Positions 24,101 to 30,115 are shown, counted from the stretch's first letter. The stretch: DNA of 32,000 bases from Faecalibaculum rodentium (GCF_001564455.1 NZ_CP011391.1:2400001-2432000), one strand, 5' to 3'. Notes: a model not told the origin generated them from the sequence alone. Made by a program: numbers and translations.

Positions 24101-26958
24101 GAGGGCAGGTAGTTCCCGTTGGAGATTTCTGTCACTGTGTATTTGCTCTTCAGCGGAATGTTGTAGAGCGTTACTGTGTCATACTGATTCTTTTCATCAT
24201 TCCAGTGCAGCGTGACTTCGAACTCGCCATCTGCATTCGGAGCAATGTCCTGTTCCTGCAGACCGTTGCGCAGCACACTCAGGCTGTTGACAACAGAGCC
24301 TTCCGTTGCCTCCAGCTTCACACGGAACGAGAAGTCTTCCGTGGTGGTGTGTCCGCCAGCCGGATCGATTTCCTTATTCAGTGTCAGCATGCCAATGTCT
24401 GTGGCATTCACGAACTTGACGTAGTTTTCTTGCTGCGTAGAACCGGACACGGTGTTTCCTTCCTGGAAGTCTTTCTGAATGTTGGTATTTCCATCCTTAT
24501 CCACCTGTCCGCTGACAAATGTCGTGGACTCGGAGGAATCAAGCTTGATTTCTTCCACACGGTAGAGAGAACCTTCGGGGAGGCCCTTCACGGTGAAGCG
24601 CTGCCCGTCAGCCAGTTCAAATGAGCCCCCATCGGCAATATAACCGGAATCCACTGTCTGATCTGTGTCTATATCCTTGATTGTATAGGCATATATATTG
24701 ACCAGATTCTTTTTGGCTTCATCAAAGGTAGCAGGTCGAGTAGATGTCTGACCATCTTCTCCCGTCACAGAAATCTCTTCACCCTGCTTCAGGTTCAGAA
24801 GGAAGGAGTACTTTTCAGGCTGTGCATCGCCACTCTCTGCTGGCGGAACCTGCGTCTTTACTTCCTTGTCAACATTCAGGTCTGCTTTGAAATCCAGTTC
24901 ATCATACGTACTGGGTTCAAACGGAACTGTCAGACGCATAAAGCAGGATGATCCGGAGGCACCACGCTCTGTATAGAACACAGACAGGCGATAGTGCTGT
25001 ACCAGAGCCTTTTTCTCCGCTTCAGACATATTCTTGTCTGGATAAGGAATTGGCTCACCGTTATTTACGTATGGCCACAGGTTTGTGTACATACCTACAG
25101 ACGAATGAACTCCACCGACATCTGCAATCTTTTTCGTATCTGTAAGAGTTTCGTTTCCCTGGTCATCCGTTGTTACTTTGGAAAGGAAGACAAACATATC
25201 GTCATCACCGTAGAAGTAGTAACGAAGAGGACCGGAATAGCCAGGATCCAGATAGAAGTCTGTGGTAAAACTCATGCCGAAGTAGGAGTTGTGATCCAGG
25301 GCACTGTCTGCTATGGGCAGAGTTCCTTTTCCCTGATTCGCTGCTGTGGAGCTTCTGTTGAAATACCGGTTTTGCGGGTCTGCAGCTCCATAGGTGCCTG
25401 CAGTCTTCCCGGCGCCAAATTTCAGGTCGTGTCCATCTGTTCCATAGGAATCAGCCGCATCCATAGGCCAGAAATCATTGGACCAGATCACCTTGGTATT
25501 GCAGTCCAGGTCCCGGAATGACGACAAGTTGCTTGCGGAAGACACCTCGGAATATGCGCCTGAAGTTCCCTTTTTGGTTACATCCTCCAGAATATAGGTT
25601 CCACCAGATCTGTTGAACCGGAGACCAAACTCTCCCTTAATATAGTTGGTTTTTCCCTTGACCTCTTTTGTAGCGTCAGTGGTGAACAGATTGGGAGCAG
25701 AAACACCGGTGTTCCACTTCGGCGTTCCATCATCCTTCAAACCAGTTGCAAGATCGAACACGGAGCCCAGAGCATTCACACTGCCATTGGTCTTATTGAT
25801 GTTGTTGACAACACCTCCCGTCGTGAGCGTTTCATTTGCCAGTCCTGATCCTGTGTTTGAGTTGCCAAATGCAAGCTTTGCACCTGTCCCCGTATAGTTG
25901 CTGGGGGAGTTTATCCCCTGCTGATAGGTATTTCCATAGGTGATATAACCTGCATCCTGATTGTCTTTCTGACTGGAAGTGGGCAGTGGTGTGTTGGAAA
26001 CAACTGGAGAATTCTGTATTCCGTCCGGATTATTTGGGTCTTTCTTTTCACTCAGATAAATGTATCCATCCGTAATGTCATAATCGAAGAAATTGACATC
26101 ATTCTTGTCATAGGTGGAACTGGTCGGATCGAACAGCAGCCGGATGGTCGTGCCTTCTTTCACATAAATCACCCAATGATCGCCCATCCGAACAGGGTTG
26201 GTTTGGTCCACAACAATTTTCTGTCCATCTATTGTTTCTGAATAGTTGGGATTATTGGTGAAAACCACAGGATTTTTCTTGTTGATATCACCTGTAATTT
26301 CCGCCATATGAAAATCGGTTCCTTCTACATCTTTCTGTTGTTCTTCTGTCAAACCATAACCAACAAGAACTGCTTTCAGTTCGTAGTTGTCATTGTTGTC
26401 AAGGCGGTTCATGTAATCCAGATATGGTTTCTCATGGTAGGTGACTGTTTCATCTTGAAAAAGCATCTTTTTCGTATCATGAACAGCCATCTGGCCATCT
26501 TTCAGAATCAGACCATACTCCGGTGCACCCTGACCATTGGTTACCACACCTCTGGCCTCTTTGTTGTAAATCTGAAGCAGAACTCCGGATTCGACTTCAT
26601 AATCTACGCCTTCTTTCAGTTTCCCATCAGTATACTCCTGCTTGAATGTATTCCAGTTAAAACTATCACTGTAGTCCGGAGTATTTCTTAATGGATATAC
26701 CACTGTACCCTGACTGGTTTTGGGATCCGGCTTTACTGTTATCAAGCCCATAGATACCGCACTGAAATTCAGATAATGCTGTATCGTGATTTCCGGATTG
26801 GCAATCGTATCCCGCGGCGGAGTCTGTTCCGCAGTGGGAAGATCCTCAGGATTCTGATTGTCCGCGAAGACATTCAACCCGGTCTGTGTCCAGACCATCA
26901 TGCCGGCCAGAAGAATGGATAGAACCTTGTGGGCCAGCCCATTCAATTGTCTCTTCAT
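18199..26958 (-). CDS. Giant cell-surface adhesin (2919 aa): signal peptide, PA14/fibro-slime-like domain, Cna-B-like domains, 5 FctA/Spy0128-type pilin-isopeptide domains, 7 DUF11 repeats, C-terminal sorting-like signal
   Basis: Start moved to ATG 26958 (MKRQLNGLAHKVLSILLAGMMVWTQTGLNVFA/DN) behind GAAAGGAAAAA. YFYGDDDMFVFL…GGVH…ERGASGS (about 24900..25600). FxFxL…APMP…YxYxVxE units (about 21445..23900). GDxVTYxLTVxNxG…A..V.V.D units (18395..21324). Confidence 0.9.
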   Translation of the reverse strand: MKRQLNGLAHKVLSILLAGMMVWTQTGLNVFADNQNPEDLPTAEQTPPRDTIANPEITIQHYLNFSAVSMGLITVKPDPKTSQGTVVYPLRNTPDYSDSFNWNTFKQEYTDGKLKEGVDYEVESGVLLQIYNKEARGVVTNGQGAPEYGLILKDGQMAVHDTKKMLFQDETVTYHEKPYLDYMNRLDNNDNYELKAVLVGYGLTEEQQKDVEGTDFHMAEITGDINKKNPVVFTNNPNYSETIDGQKIVVDQTNPVRMGDHWVIYVKEGTTIRLLFDPTSSTYDKNDVNFFDYDITDGYIYLSEKKDPNNPDGIQNSPVVSNTPLPTSSQKDNQDAGYITYGNTYQQGINSPSNYTGTGAKLAFGNSNTGSGLANETLTTGGVVNNINKTNGSVNALGSVFDLATGLKDDGTPKWNTGVSAPNLFTTDATKEVKGKTNYIKGEFGLRFNRSGGTYILEDVTKKGTSGAYSEVSSASNLSSFRDLDCNTKVIWSNDFWPMDAADSYGTDGHDLKFGAGKTAGTYGAADPQNRYFNRSSTAANQGKGTLPIADSALDHNSYFGMSFTTDFYLDPGYSGPLRYYFYGDDDMFVFLSKVTTDDQGNETLTDTKKIADVGGVHSSVGMYTNLWPYVNNGEPIPYPDKNMSEAEKKALVQHYRLSVFYTERGASGSSCFMRLTVPFEPSTYDELDFKADLNVDKEVKTQVPPAESGDAQPEKYSFLLNLKQGEEISVTGEDGQTSTRPATFDEAKKNLVNIYAYTIKDIDTDQTVDSGYIADGGSFELADGQRFTVKGLPEGSLYRVEEIKLDSSESTTFVSGQVDKDGNTNIQKDFQEGNTVSGSTQQENYVKFVNATDIGMLTLNKEIDPAGGHTTTEDFSFRVKLEATEGSVVNSLSVLRNGLQEQDIAPNADGEFEVTLHWNDEKNQYDTVTLYNIPLKSKYTVTEISNGNYLPSDITVTGGVNNTTTLAAGMVQGTVDANGPITETNRPNVTVNYTNVYAPNATARIVAEKTIDGRKAAAGGETFTFQLEGANNAAIAYLKDNSPLLAQATVKEGETTATAEFAPMHFTRSEIGEYLFNVTEVGRGTVQNGLEYDDTKYQVKVVVQNATDEDGNLTQDLEAVVTWSNGITDDAGNPVETEGNTVSFTNKVKLEAEASINFTKNVQGEGSVTNGNTGDEYTFTIEAAATNPNAPMPKETTVTITNDGRQSPYDGSFGPISYTREDLGQGDATKFYEYVIQEEGGTVGGLLTDEKQYLAKIKVSKAAVNGVDQLTAVLDSVSVMGGADAADNSLVFTNIYQRAQAVINVRKTLDGRPMREGEVFAFELLKKGSSTVLQTLMLRGIEGQSTVTGSFEPIEFLSEDSQDYIVREIKGNDPEITYDTKEHTVSVVVTEAEDRTLQAAVSYDRANPEDVTALDITNIWNTSVEWAPSVTKETLGGSPAGYTFQMKLDPAANASLTGSDEATSDETGKITFDPIRFTKPGNYKVTVSEVPGADDKINCDDHKVVFNLTVKADSATGLLSVEDAVGNNASTVFTNDAGLRLTKTIVPGTDVELTKDDYAKKFTFNLSLKDKDNNALAGSFRTVIRDEDDRVVEGDQTVITKGEGTIELSHGQTAYIYGLPIGTKYSIAEKQEEGWFNVEALLSEGTASPGENMTASFTNVKMSTDTSLILGYKALTGTDGMNESIDIGHLLNSFEFQIAPISAEVEDTPVVSTPKAEEEETEPADFDAEQEPAASDPAADTDEDSEPAAEEQAGETTVQEIALPRIVSKKINLALEDIPMPEKGNKVYSSETGVIDFGKIEFTRAGTYVYEVTEIDKTDSEIDYSDKVWTITITVENVVTNNQVTGVKVTKVEYKDNDGNLSSDGFTFTNVFNGTPALNLHKSMSINGGPITDVKEAQPVNAGDSVTYYLTASVPGDATAAARDVVITDVVPAPVGDAAAELTLIDKGTASFDASKNLLTWNVGDIGVNKAVTVSWTVRVPAVTVDTHWTNIAAAKYSNNPKDPDEEITSNDVTVEETPVLPDVKIYKAQSVNKPGAAGVGGFSDSKDPVMSEQGSLVVYELKVTNHGTGAAKNVIVSDKIPTSQEEKLSLEFVQAYDGGTFDKGNQTVTWKIPELAPGASAWVHFSVKIPTASKWNSWTNQATVKHEDPKDPGKETPEEPSNKVTVETDVPALTIQKDQKLNDDEQFTQEILHARDKDIVTYKLTVANTSKVEAKDVVLKDKVPTGTPETPLIVIPESIQGGNLYADGTIVWNLGTIPAGESREVTFQVRVPYVKELTRWLNVATVNYSNNPDGPDKPQESNKVEVEAKAPKLRLEKFQNFEDGQPVKTPLTSLGEEEIVTYTLRAVNEGEFTAENVIITDEIPDGTTLVKDSISDGGKERNGVIEWNVGNIEPGQANAKTVSFQVKLDPITVATTWKNGASAVYDNNPDNPTDPKDPKTPVDSNIVEIEGDVPALVIEKSQQKNDEAPATPILVDAGDTITYSLTVSNNGKAAAKDVVVQDPVPEGLELVENSISDGGTVKDGVITWSLGTLSAGASKSVTFKVTAPKVTEATTWINAASTTYSNREDPEDPIPSNEVESKADVPHLVIEKEQQKADGDLTKDLMEVNGGDIVTYYVSVTNDGNAEARDVKVTDTVPEGLTLVDGSISDKGTVKNGVITWKLGNLAKGEKRTVSFKVNVPEEQGMWRNIAYTFYPNNPDNEDGEDPKEEPSNPVDIIEWPEEGPKLLIDKTQALNNGTLTSEVLKGKAGDVVTYALTVRNVGKTTAEGITVTDVVPKGLTYVNGSASHNAVYDNGKLTWYVETLEPGESVTLKFQAKLPMDNAAGSWKNVAKLTYQNDPSGPEHETPSNEVEVKKDPNKVPTTSTNGKPHPGASAPTATNTGILTWTLLAAGAATGVAGLGIAGRRRRKPVSRKRK
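18395..21324 (-). repeat. Seven tandem DUF11-type coding repeats (~0.42-kb period) inside the adhesin gene
   Basis: Seven diverged units, each with (G/E)D.VTY.L.V.N.G…A..V.V.D.VP.G and W.N.A..(Y/H) motifs. The repeats are protein-level, not identical DNA. Confidence 0.8.
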
Positions 26959-27162
26959 AGTTTTTCCTTTCTTTTTCCTTTTGCAGACCTGCCCCTTCCC
27001 AGATCTGCTTTGTTCTGCCGAACACAAAAACTGCCTGTTCCCCTTGCCCCTGCGTGGTTCATATCCGGTACCCGGACAGGATCCGGCTTTCGAATCCCTC
27101 ATTTCCGCACGGTGCCTGCAGGCAGCGCCTTTTGTTTCGGTAAAACGCTTTGTAAAACATAC

Positions 27163-27199
27163 CCGGTTTCCCGGATTCGAGCCGGGCTTTCCAAACCGG
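27163..27199 (-). terminator. Nested GC hairpin (acceptor-stem plus T-arm-like minihelix) followed by a T-rich tract; terminator/attenuator between regulator copy 2 and the adhesin
   Basis: Minus strand: CCGGTTT-GGAAAG-[CCCGG-CTCGAAT-CCGGG]-AAACCGG then GTATGTTTTAC. Lies 48 nt after the stop at 27247. Confidence 0.45.
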
Positions 27200-27246
27200 C
27201 TCTCTTTTCCCCTTTTCTCAAACGATCCGAACCTTTTCCAGGGTTT

Positions 27247-27765
27247 CTATGCCTGGTTCAGTTCCCGTGTCCACCGCAGAAACGTCGTGTGGGACACATT
27301 CAGTGCTTCTCCCGCTTCCCGGCTGTTGAGCTTGCCGCTGCAGTAGTCTTCATAGACTTCCGTGAAGTTGTGCGGCAGCTGCATCGGCTTGCGCCCGGGA
27401 TTCAGCCCGCCTTTGGAGGCAGACGAAGACCGCACCTGCTTCGCACCGAACTGCTGCTGGGAATAGGAGACATACTTCAGGAATTCCCCGAAGAGATCCG
27501 AATGATTCCGCAATGCCGGGCAGTCCAGGATCCACACTGTGACCTGGCGTCCCTGCAGCTCCTGCCATTTGTCACTGATCTCGGACAGGCTGTTCCCCAG
27601 GTCCGAGAGCGTCGGGATGTTCAGCCTGTCGCCGGGCTTCACCACGGTGAGAAGACGGCGGAATTCCGGATAGTCCAGATCTCCGCGGGCATCAGCGAAT
27701 ACAGAGTCTTTCAGTTCTGACGGTAATTTGTCTGCTTTCGCTGTCAGCATGTAACTGTATTCCAT
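27247..27765 (-). CDS. Resolvase-like (catalytically degenerate) HTH protein, copy 2; putative regulator of the giant adhesin (172 aa)
   Basis: ATG 27765 behind SD AAAGGAGGAAA. 103/172 residues are identical to copy 1 (ungapped hand alignment). Same degenerate catalytic motifs and HTH. Confidence 0.75.
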   Translation of the reverse strand: MEYSYMLTAKADKLPSELKDSVFADARGDLDYPEFRRLLTVVKPGDRLNIPTLSDLGNSLSEISDKWQELQGRQVTVWILDCPALRNHSDLFGEFLKYVSYSQQQFGAKQVRSSSASKGGLNPGRKPMQLPHNFTEVYEDYCSGKLNSREAGEALNVSHTTFLRWTRELNQA

Positions 27766-27794
27766 ATGATTTCCTCCTTTTCTAATAATAAAAA

Positions 27795-27812
27795 TCCGCC
27801 AATGTATACTTT
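27795..27812. promoter_or_regulatory. Box 2a TCCGCCAATGTATACTTT
   Basis: Same position relative to the SD as box 1a (offset 10100 nt). Confidence 0.45.
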
Positions 27813-27837
27813 CAAAAACATATTTTCTACGTGCAGT

Positions 27838-27862
27838 TTTCTCAAGTAAATGAATTTTATCA
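27838..27862 (-). promoter_or_regulatory. Conserved block TGATAAAATTCATTTACTTGAGAAA (extended -10-like)
   Basis: Paralogous to 17738..17762. Confidence 0.4.
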
Positions 27863-27918
27863 TACAAAACAATGGAACGATTGCATTTCATTAAGGATTC
27901 ACCGCAATTCCTTACAAG

Positions 27919-27936
27919 TCCGCCAAAGTATACTTC
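27919..27936. promoter_or_regulatory. Box 2b TCCGCCAAAGTATACTTC
   Basis: 124 bp from box 2a, same orientation. Confidence 0.45.
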
Positions 27937-27949
27937 GAAAGACACAGTG

Positions 27950-27973
27950 CGGACCGTCCACGGTCCGTTTTTT
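27950..27973 (+). terminator. Orphan terminator-like hairpin on the plus strand
   Basis: CGGACCG (27950..27956), loop TCCA, CGGTCCG (27961..27967), T6 (27968..27973). No plus-strand gene upstream. Confidence 0.35.
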
Positions 27974-28127
27974 CTGTTCCAGCTGGAACGCAATGTGAAA
28001 ATCCGGGGATTTTCCAGCCTTTGCGCGTATCCCCTGTTATCCGTTATGCGCTATTTGTTATATTTTTAATATAACTTCATAATTCAAATCTTCTGCAGTT
28101 TCCTTCAATCCCTGCAGATATTGTCTT

Positions 28128-28164
28128 AACCTCCCGGTTTTGGCCCCCGTCTGCCACCATCGGC
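28128..28164 (-). repeat. Copy E3 of the GCCGATGGTGGC(A/T)GAC…GGGAGGTT motif
   Basis: Minus strand reads GCCGATGGTGGCAGACGGGGGCCAAAACCGGGAGGTT. Confidence 0.4.
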
Positions 28165-28245
28165 ATCCAGATTCTCTTTCCTCTATATACCGGTCTCTGA
28201 CACTGTCCCGGGGTGTGGTCTGCGGTTTTCTGTTATGATGACGAC

Positions 28246-29046
28246 ATGAAAGCAATTTGGCATACAACGGATGTCGTTCATGGGGGAACGACTTTGAAGG
28301 ACCGGCAGGCACCGGAGAACGGAAACATGGCGCTCCATGTCTGTCAGGATCCGGTGGCGGTGCTGGAAAACCGCCGGATACTCGCAGGCCAGACCCTGCC
28401 TCTGGACCACTGGGCGCTGCCGTGGCAGAAACATACGGCGAACAGTCACCGGGTGACGGCGGATGAACGCGGCAGGGGGGCAGCGGACAAAGACACGAGC
28501 ATCATGGATGTGGATGCGGTGTGGATCACGGAGCCCGATACGCTGATCGGGGTCTTCACGGCTGACTGTGTGGGGCTGCTTGTGGCCGATCCGGGGATTC
28601 CGCTGGTGGCGTGCATTCATTCAGGGTGGAAGGGCACGGCCCAGGCCATCACGCTGAAGACCATGCGGGAACTCATCTCTGTGGGCGGACTGGATCCCGC
28701 CCGGGCGCAGGCCTGGTTCTCCCCTTCGATTCTTCAGGACTCCCTGGAGGTGGGGCCGGAGGTCATCGAAGCCATGAAACCATTGAAGGAACTAGGTCTG
28801 GATGTGGATGCCTTCTGGCGCCGTTCTGAGGATCCGGACAGTGACCGGCTGTATCTGGACAACCAGGGGCTGAATGTGGCGATGCTGCGCATGGCGGGTC
28901 TGCCGGCAAAAAACATCCATGTGTCGGATCTGGACACCAAAACACATCCCGACTGTTTCAGTTACCGGAATGAAGGACGGAAGACCGGGGAGCACTTCAC
29001 ATTTGGATGGATCGAGTCCTCAGATCCGGGAACGGGAGCGTCATGA
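28246..29046 (+). CDS. pgeF: YfiH/PgeF-family (DUF152, purine nucleoside phosphorylase/peptidoglycan editing factor-like) protein
   Basis: Motifs VFTADCVGLLVAD, ACIHSGWKGT, PDCFSYRNEGRKTG. The start is uncertain (ATG 28246 or GTG 28213; no clear SD). The stop overlaps the next start (ATGA). Confidence 0.75.
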   Translation: MKAIWHTTDVVHGGTTLKDRQAPENGNMALHVCQDPVAVLENRRILAGQTLPLDHWALPWQKHTANSHRVTADERGRGAADKDTSIMDVDAVWITEPDTLIGVFTADCVGLLVADPGIPLVACIHSGWKGTAQAITLKTMRELISVGGLDPARAQAWFSPSILQDSLEVGPEVIEAMKPLKELGLDVDAFWRRSEDPDSDRLYLDNQGLNVAMLRMAGLPAKNIHVSDLDTKTHPDCFSYRNEGRKTGEHFTFGWIESSDPGTGAS

Positions 29047-29798
29047 GGGCGTCGAAGGAGAAGCGCCTGGGACGGATCCTGGAAATTCTGGAGCGGGAGG
29101 AGAAAATGCGGGTGCGCGAACTGGCGGATGAACTGGAAATCACGCCGGAGACCCTGCGCTCAGATCTCGGGGACCTTGTGCGGATGAGTGTGGTGGAGCG
29201 TGAACACGGCTATGTGCGGCTGGTGCAGGCGCCGCAGGAAACGCCCATGGCCATCCGCTCGGGGCATCATGTGCAGGAGAAGATCGCGGTGGCCTACGCC
29301 GCGCTGTCAACGGTGAAGGACGGCCAGGTGATTTATGTGGATGCCGGCAGTACGGTATTGCTGGGGCTCCAGGCGCTGGCGCGGCGCAGGGACCTGCTGG
29401 TGGCCACCAATTCGCTGCCCGGAGCGCTGAAACTGGCGCAGATGAACATCCGGACCCTGGTGGTGGGCGGTATGGCCTACAATCCCGGGGAGAGGACCTA
29501 TGGCAATTTCGCCACCAGTGTGGTGGACCACATTCAGTTTGATGTGGTGTTTCTGGGAACCGACGGGTTTCAGGATGCGCGGGGATTTACGACAGTGCAC
29601 GACAATGAGCTGGGGCTCAAGCGCCATCTGATTGCCCAGACGGAAAAAGTCGTGGTGGTCTGCGACCGGTCAAAGTTTCATGACAAGGCTCCGTTCATGT
29701 TCTGCACCTTCGCGGAGGCAGATCTGCTGGTGACAAACCGGCTGACGGAACAGGAGCGCAACGAGGTGGATGGTGTCAGGGAAATCCTGGAGGTATAG
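29043..29798 (+). CDS. DeoR-family transcriptional regulator (251 aa)
   Basis: ATG 29043 behind GGGAG. N-terminal HTH (KRLGRILEILEREEKMRVRELADELEITPETLRSDL) plus a DeoR C-terminal sugar-phosphate sensor domain (VIYVDAGSTV…VFLGTDG). Confidence 0.85.
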   Translation: MRASKEKRLGRILEILEREEKMRVRELADELEITPETLRSDLGDLVRMSVVEREHGYVRLVQAPQETPMAIRSGHHVQEKIAVAYAALSTVKDGQVIYVDAGSTVLLGLQALARRRDLLVATNSLPGALKLAQMNIRTLVVGGMAYNPGERTYGNFATSVVDHIQFDVVFLGTDGFQDARGFTTVHDNELGLKRHLIAQTEKVVVVCDRSKFHDKAPFMFCTFAEADLLVTNRLTEQERNEVDGVREILEV

Positions 29799-30115
29799 GC
29801 CCCGGGGGTTCCCTTTTTGTTTTCGGGCAGCGAGGCTCGCGTGGCGGTGAAGCCAGGGTGGGGCCGCTGATGGTGGGGAGCGGGCAGCGGGTGGGGCGGG
29901 AGAGCCATCATCGACGTAGGGATGAACATGGGCGCCACCATCGGCAGGCGAGGAACGGTGGTCTGACTTGGGGCGCAGAGTCACGCGGTGTTTCGGTGTC
30001 TGGCGGTATCGACGGCTGTCGGGGCGGAACAGTGTTCTTATTTTTCGGGAATCCTTCTCAAGTGTTTCGTTTCGCCGGATAATACCAGGGAAGAAAGAAA
30101 GTAGAGGGACTGGGA

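Noticed and set aside
27100-27246. A complete tRNA gene around the T-arm-like hairpin
   Set aside because: Only acceptor-like and T-arm-like stems are present. No D-arm or anticodon arm can be drawn in the flanking 70 nt. I kept it only as a hairpin/minihelix observation.
15834-27720. Other long antisense ORFs (15834..16913, 22450..23529, 23761..24624, 26929..27720, all plus strand)
   Set aside because: Each lies opposite a motif-supported minus-strand gene (tip adhesin/signal peptidase, giant adhesin, regulator copy 2) and has no SD or recognisable sequence features.
18037-28164. E motif as a riboswitch fragment (GACGGGGGCCAAAACCGGGAGG loosely recalls the 3' part of the guanidine-I/ykkC aptamer; c-di-GMP riboswitches often precede adhesins)
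   Set aside because: I could not find the required 5' half (CTAGGGTTCCG…GGTCCGAGAG) or GEMM-type GCAAA/ACGCAAAGC elements nearby. Copy E3 abuts a gene on the opposite strand. The resemblance is too short to support a riboswitch call.
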